A stretch of DNA of 28,737 nucleotides from an uncultured Candidatus Saccharibacteria bacterium (lineage in GTDB: Bacteria; Patescibacteriota; Minisyncoccia; UBA6257; JAUSGH01): the NCBI GenBank assembly GCA_964359435.1, contig CAYHSY010000002.1, positions 1 through 28,737 of the forward strand, given 5' to 3'. Under the pieces are notes generated by a model. It made no database searches, was not told the DNA's origin, and worked only from the letters and a program-made list of their open reading frames with translations. Numbering within the stretch: position 1 is the stretch's first letter; each line of letters begins with the position of its first letter. The translations under genes were made by a program, and so were the position numbers. Below are positions 8,005-17,775 of this stretch, in pieces.

Positions 8005-9738
8005 ATGGCTTCTAACACCCCCCAATTTGATGCCGCTCTGGACGCTATCCTCGCGCCCCTAAAACCGCATACTCGTGTTTGTAAAGAATGTGCCAAGAGT
8101 TTTGAGATTTTTGCCGAAGACGTCGTCTTTTATAAAAAACTGCGCGTCCCACCGCCGACTTTTTGCCCCGATTGCCGTTCCCAGAGGCGTCTCGCGCATC
8201 GCGTCAGTTTTTTGCCGATTTTTTATAAAAAACCCTGCTCTGCTCCCGGGCATGGCGAGCCGGTCATCACCTTTCATCCGCCAGAAAGTAGCGTTAAAGT
8301 TTTTGATGATAAATATTATTTGAGCGATGCCTGGGAGGCAACCGAATACGGGCGCGATTGCGACCCTCAAAAATCTTTCTTTGAACAATTCCAAAAACTC
8401 GCGCTGGACATCCCAAATCAAACCCTTTTCAAAGACCCCCAATCAATTGATTGTGACTACACGATTTCTGGGGCACATTCTAAGAATTGTTATTATCTGG
8501 CCGTGCCTTTCTACTCAGAAGATGTTTATTACGGCTTCTTGCCGCCTTATGCAAAAAATTGTGTTGACGTCGTTGTTTTAGCTAATTCCGAATTTTGTTA
8601 TAGAAGCGCAGAATCCGAACGCCTATATAATTGTAACTTTGTTTATGAATCTAATAGCTGTGTGGATAGTTCATTTTTATACGACTGCAGAAATTGCTCC
8701 AATTGCTTTGGTTCCACAAATCTTCGTCATAAGCAGTATTATTTTTTAAATCAACCACTTACCAAAGAAGAATATGAAGTAAAAATGCGTCAGATATATT
8801 TGGGTTCCCATAAAAAACTCCAGGAATATTCTAAAAGATTTGGAGAATTATATCAGAAAGCCGTGAGAAGAAATGTCTATAAATATTTATCAGAAGGAAG
8901 CATCGGGGATAATCTGCTTCAATGCAAAAATTGTTACTGGGCATTTGTGAATTTAAGCGAGTCAGAAAACTTGCGCTATACCAACTCTACGGATAAGGCT
9001 CGTGATTCCATGGATGTTTTTGGTGGCACTAATTTTGAGCTCTGTTATGATTCGTCAGCCGCCCTTAACTGTAATCAGGTTAGATTTTCTAAAATGATTC
9101 GCGCCGGTTTGGAGGTAGAGTATTCTGCCGAGTGCAGTAATTGCGAATATCTCTTCGGTTGTTTCGGGCTTCGCAATAAAAAATATTGTATTTTTAATAA
9201 GCAATATAAGCCGGAAGATTATTGGATGCGAGTGGATGAAATAAAAACCGCGATGCTTGCTAGGCGGGAATACGGCGAATTCTTTTCGGTCAAAGATTCG
9301 CCACATCCGTATAATGATTCTAACGCGGCCATTGAATTTCCCTTGACCAAAGAAGAAGTTCTGCGCCGCGGTTGGTATTGGCGCGAAGAGGATAAGCCCG
9401 CCGAACTCTCCGGCCCGGATATTCTCCAGGCCAAAGACGTGCCGGATAATATCGCGGATGTATCGGACGATATTTTAAACAAAACCATTGTCTGTGAAAA
9501 AACCGGCAAGCCATTTCGTATTACCAAATTTGAACTGGATTTTTATCGCCGTAAAAATTTATCACTTCCCACAGTCCATCCCCTGGAGCGTATTAAGGAC
9601 TTGTTCAATTATCGCCATCTGGGTAAACTCTGGAAAGACAAATGCAAAAAATGCGGAGTTGAAATGTGGTCCAACTATTACCCCGCCAAAAACTACACCG
9701 TCTACTGCGAGCAATGTTACCAAAAAGAAATTGTATAA
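8005..9738 (+). CDS. Large Cys-rich zinc-ribbon protein of unknown function (paralog 1)
   Basis: CKEC..PPPTFCPDCR N-terminus, repeated CxNCxNCFG blocks, CKKC..YCEQCY C-terminus; more than 25 Cys. Confidence 0.8.
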   Translation: MASNTPQFDAALDAILAPLKPHTRVCKECAKSFEIFAEDVVFYKKLRVPPPTFCPDCRSQRRLAHRVSFLPIFYKKPCSAPGHGEPVITFHPPESSVKVFDDKYYLSDAWEATEYGRDCDPQKSFFEQFQKLALDIPNQTLFKDPQSIDCDYTISGAHSKNCYYLAVPFYSEDVYYGFLPPYAKNCVDVVVLANSEFCYRSAESERLYNCNFVYESNSCVDSSFLYDCRNCSNCFGSTNLRHKQYYFLNQPLTKEEYEVKMRQIYLGSHKKLQEYSKRFGELYQKAVRRNVYKYLSEGSIGDNLLQCKNCYWAFVNLSESENLRYTNSTDKARDSMDVFGGTNFELCYDSSAALNCNQVRFSKMIRAGLEVEYSAECSNCEYLFGCFGLRNKKYCIFNKQYKPEDYWMRVDEIKTAMLARREYGEFFSVKDSPHPYNDSNAAIEFPLTKEEVLRRGWYWREEDKPAELSGPDILQAKDVPDNIADVSDDILNKTIVCEKTGKPFRITKFELDFYRRKNLSLPTVHPLERIKDLFNYRHLGKLWKDKCKKCGVEMWSNYYPAKNYTVYCEQCYQKEIV

Positions 9739-9759
9739 ATCACTATAAGGTGTTATAAA
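9731..9759 (+). promoter_or_regulatory. Sigma70 promoter for the second TA pair
   Basis: TTGTAT-17 nt-TATAAA with TGn extension; ATG 6 nt downstream. Confidence 0.5.
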
Positions 9760-9765
9760 TGATAC

Positions 9766-9960
9766 ATGACTCGGGTTTCTATCATTGAGCAAACAAAAAA
9801 ATACGTGGTGGTACGCATTTCGCGCCATTTGGCGGGCAGGTTGGGTTTATCCAAGAACCAGCTTACCGAAGACGAAGCGTTTAAAATTTTAAGCCGTGGT
9901 TTGAAAGAAGCTAAGAAAGGCGCTACGCGCCGGTTAGTTTCTTTGCGCGACTTCAGGTAA
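9766..9960 (+). CDS. Putative antitoxin, 64 aa
   Basis: Small ORF directly upstream of a RelE-like toxin; C-terminal ILSRGLKEAKKG...LVSLRDFR typical of RelE-partner antitoxins. Confidence 0.6.
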   Translation: MTRVSIIEQTKKYVVVRISRHLAGRLGLSKNQLTEDEAFKILSRGLKEAKKGATRRLVSLRDFR

Positions 9961-9976
9961 TTTTTGGTTAAGTATC

Positions 9977-10237
9977 ATGGAAATTGAATATTCGGCGCAT
10001 TTTAGGCGTGTCTATTATAAACTCCCGCCAGCGATCCAACGCAAAGCCGAAAGGCGAGAGGCCATATTCCGTTCCAATCCCTTTGATCCGCGCCTTGATA
10101 CTCATAAGCTACACGGTAAGCTCAAGAATTTTCATTCTTTTTCAATTGACTCCAAATACCGCATTGCCTTTTACTTTCTAAAACCCAAGAGCCGCGTGGT
10201 TTTTCTTGACGTTGGCGACCACGATATTTATAGATAA
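9977..10237 (+). CDS. RelE/ParE-superfamily mRNA interferase toxin
   Basis: IEYSAHFRRVYYKLP..NPFDPRLDTHKLHGKLKNFHSFSIDSKYRIAF..LDVGDHDIY. Confidence 0.88.
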   Translation: MEIEYSAHFRRVYYKLPPAIQRKAERREAIFRSNPFDPRLDTHKLHGKLKNFHSFSIDSKYRIAFYFLKPKSRVVFLDVGDHDIYR

Positions 10238-10267
10238 TTCAATCGGGTTGAAATTTAAAGTAATCTA

Positions 10268-10299
10268 ACATTCCAACATTCTGCAGAATGTTGGAATGT
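10268..10299. repeat. Perfect 32-bp palindrome
   Basis: ACATTCCAACATTCTG/CAGAATGTTGGAATGT, no spacer, ending 6 nt before ATG 10306. Confidence 0.85.
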
Positions 10300-10305
10300 C
10301 AAATC

Positions 10306-12066
10306 ATGCGAGAAAAAGAAGTCAAAACCTGTCAGAATTGCAAAAGCCAATTTACGATTGAACCGGAGGATTTTGAGTTTTATGAAAAAATAAAAGTCCC
10401 GCCACCTACGTTTTGTCCGGAGTGCCGGTTTATAAGGCGGGCTATTTTTTGGAACAACGGCCAACTATTTCGTAAAAAAGACGTGCGCACCGGTCAGGAA
10501 ATCTTTTCAACTTACCCGGAAGAATCGCCTATTAAAATTTACGATCGGGATTTTTGGTGGTCAGACGGCTGGGACGCTTTGGCCTATGGCCGTGACTACG
10601 ATTTTAATAAGCCATTTTTTGCGCAGTTCGAAGAATTACTTTACGCGGTGCCGGCTGCTTCCAAATCGGTTAAAAATATGGTGAACAGTGATTATTGCAA
10701 CCAGGCCGGCCAGTTAAAAAATTGTTACTTGTGTTTTAACGCCGGTGACTCAGAAAACTGTCTTTATAGCAGTAGTATTGTCAATGTCAAGGATTCCGTG
10801 GACATGCTTACGGCCGCGACCTCCGAGCTCTGTTACAATTCATTTTTCGTGGTTGATTCTTATCAGGTTTTCTGGAGCGTTGATTGCAATAATTGTAAAA
10901 ATGTTTATTTTTCCTATAATTGCGAAAACTGTAGCGATTGTTTCGGCTGCGTCAATTTGAAACATAAGCAATACTATATTTTTAATAAATCATATACCAA
11001 AGAAGAATACGAACAAAAACTTAAAGAGTTTAACTTGGGTTCATATGAATCATTGAAGAAAATTGAAGAAATAGTTTTTAATTTCCGGAATGCTTTTCCC
11101 CGCAAATTCATGACCGGTACCAAGAACGTGGATGTAGTCGGCGATTATGTGGACAATTCCAAAAACGCCAAGTATTGCATGCAAGCGCTGGACTTGGAAA
11201 ATGCCAGATACGCATTCGACAGTTCTTTGGGCATCAAAGATGTTTACGATTACATCAATTGGGGTAATAATGTTGAATTGATGTACGAAACGGTTGAGTG
11301 CGGCGAGAATTGCCGAAACTTGAGATTCACCTTCAATTGTTGGCCCAATGTCAGCGACATCGAATACTCCATGGACTGCCATTCCTCACTCAATCTTTTT
11401 GGTTGTGTCGGATTGAGAAATAAACAATACTGCGTATTCAACAAACAATACTCCAAAGACGACTATGAGAATTTGGTGGCTAAAATCAAAAAGCACATGG
11501 ATGAGATGCCATACCGGGACGCCAAGGGCATAGTTTACCGTTATGGCGAATTTTTCCCGGCCGAACTCTCGTCTTTGGCATATAACGAAAGCGCCGCTAA
11601 CGCGTATTTCCCGTCTGATAAAGAAGCGGTTGTGGTCAAAGGTTTGCCTTGGCGTGATATTAATCCCAGAGAGTACTCAATAACCGTCCCAGCCGATCAA
11701 TTGCCGGATCATATTAATGAAGTCGGCGAGTCCATATTGCAAGAAGTCGTCGGTTGTTCGTCTTGTCACCGTGCTTATAAAATTACTCCTCAAGAATTGG
11801 CTTTTTATAAAAAATTCAGCATTCCCTTGTCGCGCCTCTGTTTTGACTGTCGTCACAAAAAACGTCTGTCATATCGCAACTCGCCTCGATGGTATCCCCG
11901 CGCCTGCCGCTGTTCCGGCGTATCTGCCGAAAACGGTGTGTACAAAAACACCACAGAGCATTTCCACAGAGCCGATCATTGCCCCAATAAGTTTGAAACC
12001 ACCTACGCCCCCGATCGCCCGGAGATTGTGTATTGTGAGGCATGCTATAATGCAGAGATAGCTTGA
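10306..12066 (+). CDS. Large Cys-rich zinc-ribbon protein of unknown function (paralog 2; start probably ATG 10306)
   Basis: CQNCKSQFTIEPED..PPPTFCPECR, CENCSDCFGCVNL, FGCVGLRNKQYC, YCEACY; same architecture as 8005-9738. Confidence 0.8.
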   Translation: MREKEVKTCQNCKSQFTIEPEDFEFYEKIKVPPPTFCPECRFIRRAIFWNNGQLFRKKDVRTGQEIFSTYPEESPIKIYDRDFWWSDGWDALAYGRDYDFNKPFFAQFEELLYAVPAASKSVKNMVNSDYCNQAGQLKNCYLCFNAGDSENCLYSSSIVNVKDSVDMLTAATSELCYNSFFVVDSYQVFWSVDCNNCKNVYFSYNCENCSDCFGCVNLKHKQYYIFNKSYTKEEYEQKLKEFNLGSYESLKKIEEIVFNFRNAFPRKFMTGTKNVDVVGDYVDNSKNAKYCMQALDLENARYAFDSSLGIKDVYDYINWGNNVELMYETVECGENCRNLRFTFNCWPNVSDIEYSMDCHSSLNLFGCVGLRNKQYCVFNKQYSKDDYENLVAKIKKHMDEMPYRDAKGIVYRYGEFFPAELSSLAYNESAANAYFPSDKEAVVVKGLPWRDINPREYSITVPADQLPDHINEVGESILQEVVGCSSCHRAYKITPQELAFYKKFSIPLSRLCFDCRHKKRLSYRNSPRWYPRACRCSGVSAENGVYKNTTEHFHRADHCPNKFETTYAPDRPEIVYCEACYNAEIA

Positions 12067-12078
12067 AATTATGGGGGA

Positions 12079-12107
12079 TTGATTTTTAGACAGATTAATG
12101 CTATAAT
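12079..12107 (+). promoter_or_regulatory. Sigma70 promoter for the disulfide/copper cluster
   Basis: TTGATT-17 nt-TATAAT with TGn extension, overlapping the ORF-track TTG start. Confidence 0.6.
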
Positions 12108-12114
12108 AGATATA

Positions 12115-12489
12115 ATGACCAGATTTTGGGGTACAGCCATTTTGATTGGTTTTACGGCGCTTTCCGTCTTCGGTTTTTTGGCTTTCATGCATGACGAGCA
12201 CAGCCATGTTTTAGCTTGCATGGCCGGTTTTAACGAGGGCTCTCTTTGCCCGGCTAATCCTTTCGACTGGGTGGCTTTCCATCTCAGTTTTTTGAAATCG
12301 TTTTCTATGGCTGTGTTTGCGGCCGTGATACTTGGCTTCGTTGTTGTAGTTTGGAGGGCTAGCGCGATTCCATTTGGCGCCGATTTGAACTTGGCTAGGT
12401 TTTTGTGGCAGTCGACGCCAACGGTACCGACTTTTAAGTTTAAAACCTTGCAGTGGCTTGCCATGCATATCGCGAGTCCCTCTTTTTAA
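12115..12489 (+). CDS. Hypothetical membrane protein with His/Cys motif (start probably ATG 12115)
   Basis: TM helix, MHDEHSHVLAC..LCP..FH, second TM; first gene of the copper cluster. Confidence 0.55.
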   Translation: MTRFWGTAILIGFTALSVFGFLAFMHDEHSHVLACMAGFNEGSLCPANPFDWVAFHLSFLKSFSMAVFAAVILGFVVVVWRASAIPFGADLNLARFLWQSTPTVPTFKFKTLQWLAMHIASPSF

Positions 12490-12544
12490 TACCCGACTTT
12501 TGTTCTTCGGTACGCGTGTCTGCATTATTAAGCAACATTACTTT

Positions 12545-13201
12545 ATGGAAAGATTACTAATTTGGTTTACGGCTATTGGTCTGGTCGCTGTAGCTTTGGC
12601 TGCCGTCATCGGGTTGAATTTGCCCGCCTCCGGTTCCAATTTGGATTTTACGGCTTTAGCTCCCGAAACCTTGAGTTTGACCCGTTGGGCCAAGGGCAAT
12701 GAAGAAGCAAAGATTATTTTGACGGAGTTCAGCGATTTTCAGTGTCCGGCTTGCGGTGCTTATTATCCGATCATGAAAAAAGTTGCCGAGGACTTCGGTG
12801 ATCGCGTGAAATTCTCATACCGGCATTTCCCGTTGAAAGACATTCATCCCAATTCCGAATTGGCGGCCCGGGTTGCCGAAGAGGCTGGCCTCCAGGGGAA
12901 ATTTTGGGAAATGCACGATGTGATTTTCGAGAATCAGGAACTTTGGTCCGCCTCAACCAATGCCCGACAAATGTTTTTGACTTATGCCGGTGTCATCGGT
13001 TTGGACGCGGATAGATTGGAAGCGGATATTGATTCTCCGGAAGTCGCGGACAAAGTGGAGTCCGATTATCAAACGGGCTTTACTCTTCAAGTTTTTGGCA
13101 CCCCGACCTTTTTCCTGAATGGGGTGAAATTAACTCCCAATCCTCGCTCTTATGACGAATTCAAAATCATTCTTGAAACCGCTCTTAAACAAGCCGCTTA
13201 A
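12545..13201 (+). CDS. DsbA-family thiol:disulfide oxidoreductase (start probably ATG 12545)
   Basis: N-terminal TM anchor, EFSDFQCPAC, YRHFPL, GTPTFFLNG. Confidence 0.92.
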   Translation: MERLLIWFTAIGLVAVALAAVIGLNLPASGSNLDFTALAPETLSLTRWAKGNEEAKIILTEFSDFQCPACGAYYPIMKKVAEDFGDRVKFSYRHFPLKDIHPNSELAARVAEEAGLQGKFWEMHDVIFENQELWSASTNARQMFLTYAGVIGLDADRLEADIDSPEVADKVESDYQTGFTLQVFGTPTFFLNGVKLTPNPRSYDEFKIILETALKQAA

Positions 13202-13646
13202 TTGGCTTATCCCGGTTTTGCTTCTTTTAAGCTTTATCGGCTTTATTGACGCGACTTATCTTGCGGCCAAGTTTTATTTGGGTGAACCGGTAACCTGCCT
13301 GCTTTTTACCGGCTGTGATACGGTGGCGCAAAGCCCTTATGCGACGGTTATGGGCATTCCCATATCTTTACCGGGCGCGCTTTACTATGCGGCAGTTTTC
13401 TTTCTCTTGGTTCTTTATCTGGATATCCGGCAAAATTGGATTCCGCGTCTTCTGGTCTCATTGACGCTACTGGGGTTCGGCGTTGCGCTTTACCTTACCT
13501 ATCTGCAGGTATTTATCATCAAGGCGTTGTGTTTTTATTGTCTGGTCTCGGCGCTGGATTCAACCTTGTTGTTCGGTCTGAGTGTTTGGGTGATTAAGAA
13601 ATTAGAGTCTACAAATCAAAATGAATCAGAAATTACGAAAAACTAA
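13152..13646 (+). CDS. Vitamin K epoxide reductase (VKOR) family protein
   Basis: C..TGCDTVAQSPYATVMGIP, IIKALCFYCLVS CxxC motif, four TM segments. Confidence 0.9.
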   Translation: MTNSKSFLKPLLNKPLNWLIPVLLLLSFIGFIDATYLAAKFYLGEPVTCLLFTGCDTVAQSPYATVMGIPISLPGALYYAAVFFLLVLYLDIRQNWIPRLLVSLTLLGFGVALYLTYLQVFIIKALCFYCLVSALDSTLLFGLSVWVIKKLESTNQNESEITKN

Positions 13647-14979
13647 TCTGAAGATTCTCGGCACTAGATGCCAAAGTTGCGAGTTGTTCATCGCGGATAA
13701 TTTAAGGTCGGTTGCCGGTATCGAAAAAGTATCGGTTGATTATCGTTCCGGCGAAGCGGTTGTGTGGCACAACGCGCCTCTGAATTTCCGCGAAATGGAG
13801 CGCGCTGTCTCCGGCCATGGCTATAAAATCATGCCGTGGCGGACCGATGTTTCCGGGGCGCCTACGGGCAATACTTCGCGGGATTATCTGGAGATCGGGT
13901 TGGCCGCGGTCGCGGTTGCCGCGCTTTATGCATTGTTTAAGCAATTTAATTTTTTGCCCGATGGCTTGGGTATCAGCGACGCCATGAGTTACTGGGTGGT
14001 CTTGGGGCTTGGAGTGGTCGCGGCATTTTCCACTTGCATGGCGACATCCGGGGGTTTGCTTTTGGCTGTTTCCGCGCGCTATGCCGAAAAGTATGCCGGG
14101 GACTCCGCGGCCAAGCTTGTGCCTAATATCTACTTCAACATCGGGCGGCTGGCTTCTTATGCCGTTTTTGGCGGGATTATAGGCGCCGTGTGTAAAACCT
14201 TCGCCATTTCGCCGGTCGTAAATGGCGCGCTGATCGTCGCGGTGAGTTTGGTGATGGTGGCTCTGGGACTTAAAATGTTGAATTTATTCAGAGGGCTCGG
14301 CGTGTCGCTTATCCCTGCCTCTGTTTCTGGTAAAATGTATGATTTTGGCAAAAGAAAATCCGGCGCTTTTTTGGCCGGCGCTTCAACTTTTTTCCTGCCG
14401 TGCGGTTTTACGCAAGCGTTGCAGATCTATGTGCTGGGAAAAGGTGGCCTGCTGTTTGGGGCCGCGACGATGCTGGTTTTTGCTCTCGGCACCTTGCCGG
14501 CACTCGTTTCTTTGGGGGCGGTTTCCAGTTTTTCTAGCGGCGCCTTCCGCCGGATGTTTATCAAGATGGCTGGCGTGGCCGTGATTGTTTTTGGGTTAGG
14601 AAATATCGGCAATGGCTTCAATTTAGCCGGCTATAATATCGGTTCGGCTTCACTGGCCGTTGTCGCGGATGATGGATCCGGTCAAGAAATTGAAGTTTCC
14701 GGCAATCAACAAACTGTTAGAATGAAAGTTGTGGGCTTGGAATATGAGCCGGCTAATTTTACAGTGAAGCGTGGCGTGCCGGTGGAGTGGCTGATAGACG
14801 GTTCGGGCGCTCGTGGTTGCGCGCGGGTAATCGTCGTCCCAAAACTTGGGCTCACGTCTTATCTAAAGTCGACCGGCATCAAGAAAATAACTTTCACGCC
14901 GCAGGAAACCGGTTTTATCGCTTTCAGTTGTTCCATGGGCATGACCACTCCCGGCGCCGGCTTCCGAGTGGTGAATTAA
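13621..14979 (+). CDS. HMA + DsbD_2/TauE-like membrane domain + cupredoxin-like fusion
   Basis: N-terminal GTRCQSCE, STCMATSGG, FFLPCGFTQA, C-terminal GCARVIVVP..FSCSMGM. Confidence 0.82.
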   Translation: MNQKLRKTNLKILGTRCQSCELFIADNLRSVAGIEKVSVDYRSGEAVVWHNAPLNFREMERAVSGHGYKIMPWRTDVSGAPTGNTSRDYLEIGLAAVAVAALYALFKQFNFLPDGLGISDAMSYWVVLGLGVVAAFSTCMATSGGLLLAVSARYAEKYAGDSAAKLVPNIYFNIGRLASYAVFGGIIGAVCKTFAISPVVNGALIVAVSLVMVALGLKMLNLFRGLGVSLIPASVSGKMYDFGKRKSGAFLAGASTFFLPCGFTQALQIYVLGKGGLLFGAATMLVFALGTLPALVSLGAVSSFSSGAFRRMFIKMAGVAVIVFGLGNIGNGFNLAGYNIGSASLAVVADDGSGQEIEVSGNQQTVRMKVVGLEYEPANFTVKRGVPVEWLIDGSGARGCARVIVVPKLGLTSYLKSTGIKKITFTPQETGFIAFSCSMGMTTPGAGFRVVN

Positions 14980-14983
14980 AAAC

Positions 14984-15409
14984 ATGAAAATCCTTAAATT
15001 GTCCCTGGCTATCTTCGTTATTGCTTTCGTGTTGAATTGGATTTGGGAAAATCTCCATGCGCCGTTCTACGGCGGTTATGAAAACTTTTTCCAATTTCTG
15101 CCGCTGATTTCTATCGCGAGCGTTTGGGACGGCATTATCGTGTTGGGTATCTATGCGGCTATCTCCGCCTTGTTGCGCGATATGTCTTGGATTAAGCAAC
15201 TAAACCGCGTACCAGTTCTCATTTCAATAGTTCTGGGCTTGGTGGTTTCGGTCTATATAGAAACCAGGGCTTTGGGCGAGGGCCGTTGGAGCTACAAAGC
15301 CATCATGCCCATCATCCCGATTTTGGACGTCGGCTTACTGCCGGTCTTACAGATGGTTGTTTTGCCGCTCGCGACCTTCAAGCTGGTTTCAAAAATTATA
15401 AAACAATAA
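14984..15409 (+). CDS. Hypothetical membrane protein
   Basis: 141 aa with four hydrophobic segments; [12 protein letters not shown]; operonic spacing. Confidence 0.65.
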   Translation: MKILKLSLAIFVIAFVLNWIWENLHAPFYGGYENFFQFLPLISIASVWDGIIVLGIYAAISALLRDMSWIKQLNRVPVLISIVLGLVVSVYIETRALGEGRWSYKAIMPIIPILDVGLLPVLQMVVLPLATFKLVSKIIKQ

Positions 15410-15420
15410 AAATTAATTCG

Positions 15421-17724
15421 ATGAAAAAGAATCAATTTCCGATTTCCGGCATGCACTGCGCGTCTTGCGCGGTAAAAATTGAAAAGTCGCTTCAAGCCGT
15501 GTCGGGTGTGAAGAGCGCCAATGTTAATTTCGCGACCGAAAAGGCCACGGTTGAATATGACGATAGCGTAGAAGAGGCCGCTTTAGTTCAAGCCGTTAAA
15601 AATACCGGTTATACGCTGATCGCGGAAATACCTCCGGTTTCGGCTGAGGGTGTGCACGGCGAGCATCGAATGTCTTCGGCGGCTCCCGGAGATACTCATG
15701 ATCATCATCGGATGCTTAAAGAGGCGGAGATTGCCAAGCTGAAAAGAAAATTTTCCGTCGGCGCGGTTTTATCGGCTTTAGTTATGGTTTTGAGTTTTCC
15801 GGATTACCTGCCGTTTCTGCGCGATGTTTTTCCGGAATCCCTGCGGATGTTTTTGCTTTTAGCCATCACGACTCCGGTTGAGTTTTGGGTTGGAGCGCAG
15901 TTTTGGAAAGGCGCCTTGATGGGCGCGCGCTCATTTTCCGCCAACATGGATACGCTTGTGGCGCTTGGCACCGGCGCGGCTTATTTTTACAGCGCTGCCG
16001 TGACTATTCTGGCCATCGGCGGTTTTTCTCTGGACGTCGGCTCCGTCAAACTGGACGCTTATTTTGATGTGGCGGCGGTTGTGACCACGCTGGTCCTTTT
16101 GGGCAAGTATCTAGAAAGTCGCGCCAAGGGCTCGGCTTCGGAAGCGATCAAAAAATTGCTGAAACTCCAGGCCAAAACCGCTCATCTGTTGCATGAAGGC
16201 AAGCACGAAATGGATGTCGCGATTGAAGATGTCAAACTCGGCGACATTCTTTTGGTTAAGCCCGGTGAAAAAATTCCGGTTGACGGCGTGATTATTGAAG
16301 GTGCTTCGACTTTGGACGAATCCATGGTCACGGGCGAGTCCTTGCCGGTAGATAAAACCGCGGGTGATCCGGCGATTGGTGCGACCATCAACAAAACCGG
16401 TGTCTTCAAAATGAAAGCGACTAAAGTCGGTAAAGATACTTTTTTGTCGCAGATTATCAAAATGGTGGAAGAGGCGCAGGGGTCGAAAGCCCCGATTCAG
16501 CGGTTGGCTGACAAGATCACCGAATACTTTGTGCCGGTGGTTATGACGATTGCGGTTTCGACGTTTGTCTCGTGGTGGGTTTTTGGGCCCGTTCCGGCGC
16601 TGGCTTTTGCGGTTGTAAATGCGGTAGCTGTTTTGGTAGTCGCATGCCCGTGCGCGCTTGGTCTCGCGACCCCGACCGCCATTATGGTCGGCACCGGCTT
16701 GGGGGCCGAACACGGCATTATTATCCGCGACGCGGAGGCCTTGGAGCTGGCCGGGAAAATAAACGCGGTTGTATTGGATAAAACCGGAACTATCACAAAG
16801 GGCGAACCGGCTGTGACCGATATCGTGGCTTTAAGCGGCATAAATGAAAACGATGTTCTGGCTTTGGCCGGCTCGCTTGATCAATTTTCTACGCATCCTA
16901 TCGCTAACGCCATCGTAGCTAAGGCAAAAAGCGATAACCTGGAACTTCGCGAGCCGAAAAACGCCAAAGTGATTCCCGGGCGGGGAATGGAGGGGGATTT
17001 AGAGGTCTCGGGTAAGACAGAACATCTATACATCGGTAATGCCGTTCTTTTTGAGGAAAGAGGTATTCCTACGAGCGCATTCGCGGCAACCTTGGAACGT
17101 CTGGAAGGCGAAGGGAAAACCGCATTGTTTTTGGGTGGCAGCAAAATTTTGGGTATGATTGCGGTGGCCGATACCTTGAAAGAGTCCGCCGTCGAGGCCG
17201 TAAAGCGCATGCGCGATGCCGGATTGGAGGTCTGGATGATTACGGGCGATAATGATCGGACGGCTAAAGCCATTGCCGATAAAGTTGGTATTAAAAATGT
17301 GATGGCGCGCGTTCTCCCGGCTGATAAGGCCGCGAAAATAAAAATGCTTCAAGGGGAAGGCAAGCGCGTGGCCATGGTAGGGGATGGCATCAACGATGCC
17401 CCGGCCCTGACTCAAGCAGATGTGGGTATCGCTATTGGCACCGGTACCGATATCGCCATCGAGTCCGGCGATATTACGCTTGTTGCCGGTGATCCGCTGG
17501 GCGTTTATAAGGCCATTAAGTTGAGCCGGTCCACGCTTCGCAATATCAGGCAAAATCTATTTTGGGCTTACATCTATAATGTTATACTTATACCAGTGGC
17601 TGCTGGCGCGCTTTATCCGATTTTTGGGATATTGCTTAATCCGATTTTGGCCGGCGCGGCGATGGCTTTTAGTTCTGTTTCTGTTGTTCTCAATTCGCTA
17701 AGGTTGAAGCGGATTAAGCTATAG
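15421..17724 (+). CDS. copA: Copper-translocating P1B-type ATPase (start probably ATG 15421)
   Basis: GMHCASC HMA domain, His-rich linker, [32 protein letters not shown] and MAFSS Cu(I)-site motifs. Confidence 0.95.
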   Translation: MKKNQFPISGMHCASCAVKIEKSLQAVSGVKSANVNFATEKATVEYDDSVEEAALVQAVKNTGYTLIAEIPPVSAEGVHGEHRMSSAAPGDTHDHHRMLKEAEIAKLKRKFSVGAVLSALVMVLSFPDYLPFLRDVFPESLRMFLLLAITTPVEFWVGAQFWKGALMGARSFSANMDTLVALGTGAAYFYSAAVTILAIGGFSLDVGSVKLDAYFDVAAVVTTLVLLGKYLESRAKGSASEAIKKLLKLQAKTAHLLHEGKHEMDVAIEDVKLGDILLVKPGEKIPVDGVIIEGASTLDESMVTGESLPVDKTAGDPAIGATINKTGVFKMKATKVGKDTFLSQIIKMVEEAQGSKAPIQRLADKITEYFVPVVMTIAVSTFVSWWVFGPVPALAFAVVNAVAVLVVACPCALGLATPTAIMVGTGLGAEHGIIIRDAEALELAGKINAVVLDKTGTITKGEPAVTDIVALSGINENDVLALAGSLDQFSTHPIANAIVAKAKSDNLELREPKNAKVIPGRGMEGDLEVSGKTEHLYIGNAVLFEERGIPTSAFAATLERLEGEGKTALFLGGSKILGMIAVADTLKESAVEAVKRMRDAGLEVWMITGDNDRTAKAIADKVGIKNVMARVLPADKAAKIKMLQGEGKRVAMVGDGINDAPALTQADVGIAIGTGTDIAIESGDITLVAGDPLGVYKAIKLSRSTLRNIRQNLFWAYIYNVILIPVAAGALYPIFGILLNPILAGAAMAFSSVSVVLNSLRLKRIKL

Positions 17725-17775
17725 CAGTGTTTCAGAGTCCGTCATTCCAGTATATTATTAACTAATTAGATTAAT

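Noticed and set aside
12458-15420. ORF-track upstream starts (10288, 12079, 12458, 15286, 24142, 26524, 28091, 7721)
   Set aside because: They overlap promoters or upstream genes; downstream ATGs fit domain boundaries and signal peptides better.
15631-15650. Possible palindromic insert in the copA His-rich linker (CCTCCGGTTTCGGCTGAGGG)
   Set aside because: Short and imperfect, with no second copy in the window.
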